The notes under the pieces are model-generated. The model saw only the letters and a program-made list of their open reading frames with translations. It had not been told where the DNA came from and did no database searches. Shown here piece after piece: positions 47,493-56,336 of a DNA stretch of 64,000 nt. Made by a program: the position numbers and the translations under genes. How positions within the stretch are numbered: position 1 is the first letter of the stretch; every line of letters begins with the position of its first letter. Source of the DNA: Thalassobaculaceae bacterium (lineage in GTDB: Bacteria > Pseudomonadota > Alphaproteobacteria > Thalassobaculales > Thalassobaculaceae); assembly GCA_965228875.1 (NCBI GenBank), contig OZ245843.1, positions 4,756,616 to 4,820,615 of the forward strand, written 5' to 3'.

Positions 47493-50384
47493 ATGGAAGG
47501 CAGGATCGGGAGCAGCAACGGACCGATGGGGGCGCCGACGCAGAGCGCGCTCCCGTGGCTCGACGGTCCGCAGGACGGTCAGCTGCGCCATCTGGTCCGG
47601 CGCAGCCGTCTGATCGCGGCCTGTGTGCTGGTGGCGCTCATGGCGCTGCGGATCGCCGACGTGGCGCCGATCCAGATCCCGAGGCTGTGGAGTTTCGACC
47701 TGCTCCTGCAGCACCGCGCGCCATCGGCGGAACCGTCGCCGGTGGTGGCGGTCGACATCGACGATCCGAGCCTGGCGCGGCTCGGACAGTGGCCGTGGCC
47801 GCGCCGTCACCTGGTCGATCTCGTGATCCGGCTGCGCGAGGGCGGTGCGGCGATGATCGTCTTCAACATCCTGTTCACCGAGCCGGACCGGATGTCGCCC
47901 AAGAACCTGGGGCGCGAGTTGCCGGGGCTGGATCCGGATCTGCGCGCGCGGCTGCTGGCGGCTGGCGGCTACGATGAGGCGCTGGCGGCCGCCATGTGGG
48001 GCATCCCGGTGGTCACGGCAGTGGCGGCGGCGCCCGTGGCGGTATCGGTTCCCGACGATCCGGGGCGCCAGGGGCGGCTCGCCGTGCGCGGCACGCCGGA
48101 CATCGAAGGCCTGCCCGCCATCGGCGCGATCATCGACAGCGTGCCGCCGATCCGGTCGGCAAGCGCCGGCCGGGGGATCGTCAACCTGCTTCCGGAGCCC
48201 GACGATATCGCGCGCCGGGTGCCGACGGTTTTTCGGGTCGACGGCATACTGGAACCGGCCCTGGCGCTGGAGACGGCGAGGGTCGCGCTTGGCCGGCAGA
48301 ATGTCCTGGTCGAGGTGCCGACGCCGCTCGGCGTGGCGGGCCTGTCGGTCGGGCCCCTGTTCGTGCCGACAGACGGCGAGGGGCGGCTCTGGGTCGATAC
48401 CGCCGAGTCCGGCCGGGTACCGACGATCTCCGCGGCTGAGGTTCTCGCCGGCCGCGCCACCCGGGAGGAACTGGCCGGCAGGATCGCCGTGGTCGGGACC
48501 TCGGCGTCCGGTGTCGGCGAGCAGATGCGGATCGGCGACGGCCGCCGGGTCTCGGGGCTGCAGCTTCAGTCGCTGGCGATCGACACGCTCATGACCGGCC
48601 GCGCGCCGGTGCGCGACCGCGTCTTCGTCTGGGCCGAGCTTGCGGTCACCGCGATCGCCGGGCTGCTGCTGATCGTTGTGCTGCCGGGCGTTGCGCTGAT
48701 CTGGAAACCGGTGGCCGGTTTGGGCCTGGCCGGACTGTTCGCCGCGGCGGCCTTGTCTTTTCAAGGGGTGTCCGGCGCGCTTGTCGATGCCACGTTCCCG
48801 GCCGGCACGGTCCTGCTCCTCGCCGTTGTCTTCCTGCTTGGGGATTTCCGCGCCGAGAGCTTACTGCGTCGGCGCAACGAGGCGGCGCTGAAACGCCATG
48901 ACGCCTACATCCGCGAGGTGGTCGATGCCAGTTTCGACGCGATCGTGACAATCGGCGCGGAGGGCCGGATCCGTACGGCCAACCGCGCTGCGGCGGCGTT
49001 GCTCGGCGCTCCGGGCGGCACTCTGGTCGGGCGGTCTATTCATGAGCGTCTCGCCGGCGCCTGGGCCCGGACGCTGGACGAGGACCCGGCCGCTGCCCTG
49101 CGGGCGGCGGCGGCAAGTCCGGACACGATCGAGGCGGAGGTGCCGGCGGAGCGCGGCGGCGTGCCGACCGAGATCACCCTGGCGGAGTCGGTTGCGGGGG
49201 ACGAACGGGTCTACGTGCTGGTTCTGCGGGATCTGAGCGCGCGCCGGGCGGCCGAGGACTGGGCGGCCCGCACGACCCAGCGGCTGAACGATGCGGTCGA
49301 CGCGATTTCCGACGGGTTCGCCCTGTTCGCGCCCGACGGCCAGCTGGTGCGCTGCAACGCCGCTTACCTCGAATTGATCGGCGCCGGCGCGGACGAGGTG
49401 ACGCCGGGAACGGCTTACAGCGATCTGCTGGCCGCCTTCGCCGCCGGGCCGCACGCCCCGAGCGAGGCCGAGGGCCGTCAGGAGGAATGGGCGCAGACCC
49501 GGCTGTCGGTGTTCGCGGCCGAGAGCCAGCGTTACGAGATGGCGACCGTCGACGCGCGCTGGTACCGGGTGGAGGAGCACCGCACGGCCGAGGGCGGCAT
49601 GGTGTGCATCTACTCCAACATCTCGGAGATCCGCGACCGCGAGGTCGAACTCGAGGCGGCGAAGGAACAGGCCGAGGCGGCGAGTTTCGCCAAGTCGCAG
49701 TTCCTGGCGAACATGAGCCACGAACTGCGCACCCCGCTGAACGCGATCATCGGCTTCTCGGACATGATGCGCGAGCAGCCATTCGGACCGCTCGGCAACG
49801 ACCGCTACCTGACCTATGCCAGCGACATCTCGAGCAGCGGATCGCGACTGCTGCGGATGATCGAGCAGATCCTCGAGTTCGCGCGGCTGGAGAAACTGGA
49901 GTCCAATATTGAAGAGGCCGGGATCGACGTGGTGGCGACCGTCATGTCCGCGGTCACCGACCTCAGCCCTGTCGCCGCCGAGCGCCGGGTCCGCATCCTG
50001 GCCGACCTTGATCCGGCCCTGCCCGCGCTTCGCGCCGATCCGCAGATGTTCTACCAGATCACCCAGAATCTCCTGGCGAACGCGGTCAAGTTCTCGCCGG
50101 CGGGAGCGACCGTGACGGTCGCGGCGCGGACCGACGGCGAGCGGCGGATCGTGCTGTCGGTGGCCGACAACGGCGTCGGCATCCCGCAGGAGATGCTGCA
50201 CAACATCACGCAGCCGTTCTGGCAGCGCCCGAACGCGATGACCAGCTCGCGCGAGGGCGTCGGCCTCGGCCTTGCCATCGTCAGCGCTCACGTCGACGCT
50301 CACGGCGCCGAACTGGCGGTCGACAGCCGGCCTGACGAGGGAACGACGGTCACGGTGACCTTCCCGGCGTTTCGTTCGGTGTGA
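47493..50384 (+). CDS. CHASE2-PAS-PAS sensor histidine kinase
   Basis: VDIDD.SL..GQWPWPR, FTEPDR, PAS domains, FLANMSHELRTPLN, GVGLGL; start could be 47526. Confidence 0.9.
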   Translation: MEGRIGSSNGPMGAPTQSALPWLDGPQDGQLRHLVRRSRLIAACVLVALMALRIADVAPIQIPRLWSFDLLLQHRAPSAEPSPVVAVDIDDPSLARLGQWPWPRRHLVDLVIRLREGGAAMIVFNILFTEPDRMSPKNLGRELPGLDPDLRARLLAAGGYDEALAAAMWGIPVVTAVAAAPVAVSVPDDPGRQGRLAVRGTPDIEGLPAIGAIIDSVPPIRSASAGRGIVNLLPEPDDIARRVPTVFRVDGILEPALALETARVALGRQNVLVEVPTPLGVAGLSVGPLFVPTDGEGRLWVDTAESGRVPTISAAEVLAGRATREELAGRIAVVGTSASGVGEQMRIGDGRRVSGLQLQSLAIDTLMTGRAPVRDRVFVWAELAVTAIAGLLLIVVLPGVALIWKPVAGLGLAGLFAAAALSFQGVSGALVDATFPAGTVLLLAVVFLLGDFRAESLLRRRNEAALKRHDAYIREVVDASFDAIVTIGAEGRIRTANRAAAALLGAPGGTLVGRSIHERLAGAWARTLDEDPAAALRAAAASPDTIEAEVPAERGGVPTEITLAESVAGDERVYVLVLRDLSARRAAEDWAARTTQRLNDAVDAISDGFALFAPDGQLVRCNAAYLELIGAGADEVTPGTAYSDLLAAFAAGPHAPSEAEGRQEEWAQTRLSVFAAESQRYEMATVDARWYRVEEHRTAEGGMVCIYSNISEIRDREVELEAAKEQAEAASFAKSQFLANMSHELRTPLNAIIGFSDMMREQPFGPLGNDRYLTYASDISSSGSRLLRMIEQILEFARLEKLESNIEEAGIDVVATVMSAVTDLSPVAAERRVRILADLDPALPALRADPQMFYQITQNLLANAVKFSPAGATVTVAARTDGERRIVLSVADNGVGIPQEMLHNITQPFWQRPNAMTSSREGVGLGLAIVSAHVDAHGAELAVDSRPDEGTTVTVTFPAFRSV

Positions 50385-50533
50385 ACCGTGCCCCAAGCAA
50401 CGGCGGACCATCCTTCCGATTGAATTCCCTCCGCCACCGTCCACAATGACGCGACCGCCGCCGCGAGGATGTCGCGGACGGGGCGCCGCCGTGCGGATGC
50501 GCGGAGAGCGGCCACAACGATCGGGAGGATGAC

Positions 50534-51988
50534 ATGAAGGTACGGGACTGGGCTGCCGGCGCCCTGCTGGCGGGCACCGCGCTGGCGGCGACGAGCGTCG
50601 GTGCGGCCGCGCAGGACGTTGCGCGCACCGAAGCAGACTGTATCGGGCTGCGCGATCAGGTGATCGACGCCGGCTTCGTCACCTCGGCGCGGGTGATCGC
50701 CGCCGCCGGGACCCTGCCGGCCTATTGCGAGGTCCGCGCCACGGCGCTGCCGGCGATCTCGATCGAGGTCCGGTTGCCGATGGAGGGGTGGAACGGCAAG
50801 TACTACCAGGCGGGCTGCGGCGGGTTCTGCGGGATCCTCGGTCGCGCAGACGCGGGATCGGGCTGGATCAACGCCATGCGGCCAGGCCTTGAGAAGGGGT
50901 ACGCGACCGCAACCTCGGACAGCGGTCACCACGGGCTCAGCGTCGTCGATGCCGGCTGGGCGCACGCCAATCCTCACGGCGAGCGGGACTGGGGCTGGCG
51001 CGCGATCGGCGAGACCAACCGGGTTGCGATGACGATGGTCCAGGCGTTCTACGGGACCGACGCCGGCCGCAGCTATTTCCAGGGCTGCTCCACCGGCGGA
51101 CGCCTCGCCCATATGGCGGCGCTGAGGTATCCCGAGATGTTCGACGGCATCGTCTCCGGGGCCCCGGCCATGGACTACACCGGACTGGTGGCGCTCAAGA
51201 TGGCTTGGCTGGTGCAGGCCAACACGGCGGCCGATGGCAGTCAGATCATCGAGCCCGCCAAGGTGCCGCTGATCGGCGACGAGGTGATGCGGCAGTGCGA
51301 CGGTGTCGACGGCACCGTGGACGGGCTGATCGAGGACCCGCGCAACTGCTCGGTCGATCTCTCGGAGCTGCAGTGTGGGGCGGGACAGGCGATGCAGGGC
51401 TGTCTCGACCCGGCGGAACTCGACACCCTGGAGAAATGGCGCCAGGGGCCGCGCAACGCCGCCGGCGAGCAGCTCTACCCCGGCGGCGTGCCGGAAGGGT
51501 CGGAGCCGTTCTGGTGGCTGTGGCTGACCGGCAAGGAAGGCGGCGGCGGCCGCCTGGTTCCGGTCTTCACCCAGCAGTTCGGCGCCTTCATGGCGTTCCC
51601 GGACGATCCCGGCGCCACCTACTCGCCGCTGGACTTCGATTTCGAGACCGACCCCGATCAGCTAAAGGCCATGGCGGCCGTCTACAATTCCGATACCCCC
51701 GACCTGAGTGCGTTCCGGGCAGCCGGCGGCAAGATGATCGTCTGGCACGGCTGGGCGGACGCCATCGTCACGCCCTACAAGACGGTCGCATGGTACGAGG
51801 CGCTGCAGGAGACCATGGGGCCGGAGGCGGCGCGGGACACGGCGCGGCTGTTCATGGTGCCCGGGCTGGACCATTGCGGCCTGCTGCCGGGACCGGGCGG
51901 GCTCAGTCAGTCCAGCCTCGACCCCTTCACACCGCTTGAGGCCTGGGTCGAGACGGGCGTGGCGCCCCGGAACATCCTCGCGAAGTGA
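50534..51988 (+). CDS. Tannase/feruloyl esterase family hydrolase (secreted)
   Basis: Signal peptide, GCSTGG, HGWAD, GLDHC. Confidence 0.92.
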   Translation: MKVRDWAAGALLAGTALAATSVGAAAQDVARTEADCIGLRDQVIDAGFVTSARVIAAAGTLPAYCEVRATALPAISIEVRLPMEGWNGKYYQAGCGGFCGILGRADAGSGWINAMRPGLEKGYATATSDSGHHGLSVVDAGWAHANPHGERDWGWRAIGETNRVAMTMVQAFYGTDAGRSYFQGCSTGGRLAHMAALRYPEMFDGIVSGAPAMDYTGLVALKMAWLVQANTAADGSQIIEPAKVPLIGDEVMRQCDGVDGTVDGLIEDPRNCSVDLSELQCGAGQAMQGCLDPAELDTLEKWRQGPRNAAGEQLYPGGVPEGSEPFWWLWLTGKEGGGGRLVPVFTQQFGAFMAFPDDPGATYSPLDFDFETDPDQLKAMAAVYNSDTPDLSAFRAAGGKMIVWHGWADAIVTPYKTVAWYEALQETMGPEAARDTARLFMVPGLDHCGLLPGPGGLSQSSLDPFTPLEAWVETGVAPRNILAK

Positions 51989-52080
51989 CGGCGGCACCGG
52001 ACCGCCGGTGACTGCGCGGCACCCGATATCCGGGTGCCGCGCAACATCGTATCCCGTGCGGCCGGCGATCGGAAAAAAAG

Positions 52081-52095
52081 TTAAGGATTCGTTAA
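52081..52095. promoter_or_regulatory. CtrA binding site
   Basis: TTAA-GGATTCG-TTAA, a perfect TTAA-N7-TTAA. Confidence 0.7.
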
Positions 52096-52172
52096 TATCT
52101 TTCATTTGATGTTACTTTGAAGCGCCTCCTATCATCATTGGTGGTGGGACGACCCTCCGTACAACACGGGGG

Positions 52173-53018
52173 ATGAGGCAAGGGGACGCTAGAATGGCGA
52201 GTTGCTACTCGGCCGCTACAGGCCATGGCGCGTTCAGCACGGCGCTGATCGCGAAGCCAGCAAATCAACTTCCGGACCGGCCTCGACGCACCGGGTCGGA
52301 CCGTGCGGGGGCGGCTGGGCGTCGCCTCGACGCCAGGCACGACACGGCCGGCGAGATCGGCGCTGTGCTCGATGAGCTGAGGGTTGCCAGCGCGATCGGT
52401 CGGCAAATGCTCCACACCGTCGCCGGGCTCGGAGATCTCGGAGTGCGCATGCGCGCCACGCTGTCGGCGTTGACAGACGCGGACGTGACGGCGGAGGAGC
52501 GCCGCCGTCTCCGCGCGGCGTACTCGAAACAGGTCGGGCAGGCCCGCCGGCTGGTCGATGGCGCGACGGTCGACGGGGTCAACCTGCTGCGGCACGACTC
52601 CGGCGATCTGGTGGTGCACTCCAATCCGCTGGGCGGCAACCTGGTGCTGACCTCGGCCGGCAACGCAGCGCTGATGTCCGGCGGACGGGCATTGGGTCTC
52701 GACCGATGGATCGCCGAACTGGCCGCGGCGGCGCCGTCGGTCGGCGAGGGAGCCGATGGCGGGCTCGACGGTTTCGAGGCTGCGGTCGTCCACTACTGGG
52801 AGCGGCTGTCGGACGATCTGACGGCGCTGGAGTGGCAGATCGACTTCCTGACCGCCATGCCCGATCTTGACGAGACGATCCCGGCCAGCGAAGTGGACGC
52901 CTTCCGCGCCCGCGACGCGGCAATGAGGACGGCGGAGCAGGTTGAGCGGCTTCTGTCCGGACAGTCGGTCGAGATCGTCAACCGTCAGCCGCAGTCGCTG
53001 CTGGCCCTCTTCCGGTAG
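52173..53018 (+). CDS. Divergent flagellin-like protein
   Basis: LVDGATVDGVNLL and C-terminal IVNRQPQSLLALFR resemble alphaproteobacterial flagellin segments; start uncertain (52173 or 52194). Confidence 0.6.
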   Translation: MRQGDARMASCYSAATGHGAFSTALIAKPANQLPDRPRRTGSDRAGAAGRRLDARHDTAGEIGAVLDELRVASAIGRQMLHTVAGLGDLGVRMRATLSALTDADVTAEERRRLRAAYSKQVGQARRLVDGATVDGVNLLRHDSGDLVVHSNPLGGNLVLTSAGNAALMSGGRALGLDRWIAELAAAAPSVGEGADGGLDGFEAAVVHYWERLSDDLTALEWQIDFLTAMPDLDETIPASEVDAFRARDAAMRTAEQVERLLSGQSVEIVNRQPQSLLALFR

Positions 53019-53119
53019 GGCGGTTCTTCGGCTGAGAGGCTGTGACCAAGGGATGCCGGCGAGGGTGACCGACAACGCGGCGCGGGAACCGATCACCCTC
53101 CATCTTTCTGAAGAGACTT

Positions 53120-53163
53120 AAGATCCACGCGATCGGATGCGTCCGTTCGATCGTGGATTTCTT
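53120..53163. repeat. Palindromic intergenic element, degenerate copy 3
   Basis: aagatccacgcgatcggatg...tcgatcgtggatttctt. Confidence 0.6.
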
Positions 53164-53190
53164 GAAAGGCGCCGACAGAGGGCGTCGTCG

Positions 53191-53529
53191 TCAGAGCGCG
53201 TCGTCGCCGTGCTCCCGGGTGCGGATGCGCACCGCGTTCTCGATGGCATACACGAAGATCTTGCCGTCTCCGATCTTGTCGGTGCGCGCCGCCGTCTGGA
53301 TGGCCTCGACCGCGGTGTCCGCGACGTCGTCACGCACGGCGATCTCGATCTTCACCTTCGGCAGGAAGTGGACCTTGTATTCCGCCCCCCGATAGATCTC
53401 GGTGTGGCCGCGCTGCCGGCCGAAGCCTTTGACCTCGGATACGGTCAGTCCGTTGATGCCGACGTCGCCGAGAGCATCGCGGACCGCGTCCAGGCGGTGC
53501 GGCTTGATGATGGCCATGATCATTTTCAT
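53191..53529 (-). CDS. glnK: P-II nitrogen regulatory protein
   Basis: 112 aa; AIIKP, GFGRQRGHTEIYRGAEY (T-loop Tyr51), IGDGKIF; paralog assignment tentative. Confidence 0.9.
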   Translation of the reverse strand: MKMIMAIIKPHRLDAVRDALGDVGINGLTVSEVKGFGRQRGHTEIYRGAEYKVHFLPKVKIEIAVRDDVADTAVEAIQTAARTDKIGDGKIFVYAIENAVRIRTREHGDDAL

Positions 53530-53700
53530 TGCTGTGCTCCTCACCTTGGCGTCCGACCCGATGGTAGAGGGATTCGTGGCGACCTGCGACGTCGAGGTCG
53601 TCGATCCCTCCGACCTTTACACTTTCTTCAGTCCTCGCCCGTAACGTCGCCGCCAGCGGACCGGGGGGCCTGGTTCGCGCGTCGAATCAGGGAAACTTTC

Positions 53701-54417
53701 ATGAATTTCAAAATCTTGCGCACCACGGTCGCCGCTGCTGCCGTGGTGGCGACCGTCGTCGGCGTCACCCAGGTGCGGGCCGATATCGGGTCTGCGGAAA
53801 CGTTGGCCCAGGAGGTGAACGCCTCGGTGTCGGCCGCGACCTCCGTGATCGGCGGCCTGCAGCCCGCGATCAACGGTGGTTCCGTCGATGCCGCGGCGGT
53901 CCAACCGGAAGCGATCGTGACCGGGTTCCTCGCTGCCTACGAGAAGAAGACCGGCCGGCCCTTCGATACCACGGCTGCGGGCGCCCTCGGGGAATACCGG
54001 GTGATCCTGCTGGAGAGCATCCGCGAGGTGATCGCCGAGTTCGAGACCGACATCGTCGAGGGCGGAGCCGACGCGTTCGTTCCGGCCTTCTTCCGCAACC
54101 AGGTGCTTGTGCGGGTGAATGACAGGATGGACGGCGCGATCACCGCCGCCGTCACCAACCGAGGGGATGACCTCATCAACACGGACTCGGCCGTGGACTA
54201 CGTCTTTGAAGACGAAGCGGTCATCGGTTACGTGGCGCCGAAGCTTGAGGCGGGAAGCCAGGACGCCTCCTCGGAAACCATCGGCGGCAGTCTCGTGAAC
54301 TACTGGCCGATGACGCTCAAGGACTCCTGCGTGTCCTGCCACGCTCGAAACGGCTTGGACCAGCAGGTCGGGGCGTTCGGCGGTGCGATGGTTGTGATCG
54401 TCGATACCGCGAGGTGA
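53701..54417 (+). CDS. Secreted c-type heme protein (DUF3365/Tll0287-like)
   Basis: Signal peptide, VPAFF, C-terminal CVSCH followed by VGAFGGAM. Confidence 0.7.
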   Translation: MNFKILRTTVAAAAVVATVVGVTQVRADIGSAETLAQEVNASVSAATSVIGGLQPAINGGSVDAAAVQPEAIVTGFLAAYEKKTGRPFDTTAAGALGEYRVILLESIREVIAEFETDIVEGGADAFVPAFFRNQVLVRVNDRMDGAITAAVTNRGDDLINTDSAVDYVFEDEAVIGYVAPKLEAGSQDASSETIGGSLVNYWPMTLKDSCVSCHARNGLDQQVGAFGGAMVVIVDTAR

Positions 54418-54503
54418 CGGGCGGTCGCGGCTGTGCGATTTGATACTCGCGCGGCGACGACCTGTCCCGGCGACGCGCTCCAACAACACTGAGGGGAACC
54501 GGC

Positions 54504-56159
54504 ATGCTGAAGAGACGATCGAGCCTCAGGACCAAGGGCTATGTCCTGGTTGGATCGCTCGCGCTGTTCATGATCGCCAGCAGCCTGTTCATGGGGCTCA
54601 AGATCTTCGGAAGTCTGCAACTCCTGGCCGAGGAACGCAGCCTCGCCAGGACGCTTCAGGCGTTCGAGCACGTCGAGCGGTCGATGTTCGAACTTCGGGC
54701 TACGTCTCTCGCCTGGGTGATGACGCGCCGTCGGATTCAGCAGGGTCGGTTCGAGGAGAAGAAGGCGACTCTGCTGCAGTCGGTCGAGGCTGTGGCCGGG
54801 GAGTTCCCGTCCCTGGCCCAGAATCTTGGGAACCGCGTGGAGGCCTACAACGGTCTGGTCGTCGAGTTCTACGAGGGTATGGGAAAAAAGAACCGCAACC
54901 GCGCCATCTCGATCTACCGCAACCAGATCGTTCCCCTTGAAGAAGAGATCGACCAGTTGGTCGCGGCGGCTCTGCTGGAACTGCGGGCGGACGTGGCCGA
55001 GGCCAACAAGCGCGTCCAGTCCGACAGCGGCCTATTGCTGTACGTGCTAGGTGCGGCGTTCGGCGTTGTGATCCTGATGACATTGGCCTTCGGCGGAGTC
55101 ACCGGATGGCTGGTGCGCCGGGTCGAGCGCATGACGGCGGAAATGCGTCGTCTGGCGGAAGGAGACACCACCGTTGAGGTCAGCGAAGCCGGCGCCCGCG
55201 ATGAGATCGGCGAGATGGCCCGGGCAGTCGAGGTGTTCCGTGAGAATGCCGTCGAGGTCGAAAGGCTGAAGCAGGAGCAGATCGAGTCCAGTCGTCGAGC
55301 ACTGGAGGAGAAGTCGGCGATGATGGCCCGGCTCGCCGATGAGTTCGACAGCTCCATCGGGACCATCGTCGATTCCGTCACCACCGCTGCGACCCGGATG
55401 GAATCCTCCTCCCAGGCGATGTCGTCGAGCGCCGAGGAAACGAATCAGCAGACCGATACGATGGCCAGCGAGGCGGATGCCGCCCTGCAGAACGTCGCCA
55501 CGGCAGCCGCCGGCGTCGAGGAGGTTGCGGCCGGCATCGAGAGTGTCGTGCGTCAGGTCGGTCAGTCTACCGACATTGCCGGTCGTGCCGTATCGGAGGC
55601 CGACCGGACCAACGAGACGGTTTCCGGACTGGCGGCCACGGCGCAGAAGATCGGAACGGTTGTTACCCTGATTCAGGATATCGCGGAACAGACCAATCTC
55701 CTGGCGCTGAACGCGACCATCGAGGCGGCCCGCGCCGGTGACGCCGGCAAGGGGTTCGCCGTCGTCGCCACGGAGGTCAAGAGTCTGGCGAGCCAGACCG
55801 CGGCCGCGACCGAGGAGATCTCGCAGCAGGTCCTGAGCATACAGAAGGTCAGCGACGACGCGGTCTCGGCGATCGATGGTATTGGCGCGACGATCAAGGA
55901 AATCAGCGAGATCACCGCCGCGATCGCCACCGCCGTGGAGCGTCAAGGCAGTACGACCGCGGCCATCACCCATTCGATCCGCGAGGCGTCGCAGGGAACC
56001 AATCAGGTGACCGCCCACATCGGCGAGGTCAGCGATGCCGCGTCCCGGACCGGTCGGGCTGCCGGACAGCTCCTGGATGACGCCAGGAACCTCACGCGGC
56101 AGGGGACACATCTGCGCGACAAGGTGCAGGTGTTTCTGAGCCAGGTCCGATCTGCCTGA
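54504..56159 (+). CDS. Methyl-accepting chemotaxis protein
   Basis: Two TM helices, HAMP (RDEIGEMA), IAEQTNLLALNATIEAARAG. Confidence 0.95.
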   Translation: MLKRRSSLRTKGYVLVGSLALFMIASSLFMGLKIFGSLQLLAEERSLARTLQAFEHVERSMFELRATSLAWVMTRRRIQQGRFEEKKATLLQSVEAVAGEFPSLAQNLGNRVEAYNGLVVEFYEGMGKKNRNRAISIYRNQIVPLEEEIDQLVAAALLELRADVAEANKRVQSDSGLLLYVLGAAFGVVILMTLAFGGVTGWLVRRVERMTAEMRRLAEGDTTVEVSEAGARDEIGEMARAVEVFRENAVEVERLKQEQIESSRRALEEKSAMMARLADEFDSSIGTIVDSVTTAATRMESSSQAMSSSAEETNQQTDTMASEADAALQNVATAAAGVEEVAAGIESVVRQVGQSTDIAGRAVSEADRTNETVSGLAATAQKIGTVVTLIQDIAEQTNLLALNATIEAARAGDAGKGFAVVATEVKSLASQTAAATEEISQQVLSIQKVSDDAVSAIDGIGATIKEISEITAAIATAVERQGSTTAAITHSIREASQGTNQVTAHIGEVSDAASRTGRAAGQLLDDARNLTRQGTHLRDKVQVFLSQVRSA

Positions 56160-56288
56160 GCAGGAGCTGCCGGTCTATCGTGGTGGGCGCCGGCGTGGCG
56201 ATGCTATGCAGAAGCGCTGATAGGGCACTACCGGGTCAGACCGAGGGGGGCTGCCCGGTGCGTTGTTCTCCATCCGGCTGGGAATCGG

Positions 56289-56336
56289 CTAGACTCGCAC
56301 GATCGGACGTTTCGATATGATCGTGATGTCCTCTAG
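56289..56336. repeat. Palindromic intergenic element, copy 4
   Basis: ctagactcgcacgatcggacg...tgatcgtgatgtcctctag; CTAG at both ends, right end contains the kinase stop. Confidence 0.75.
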
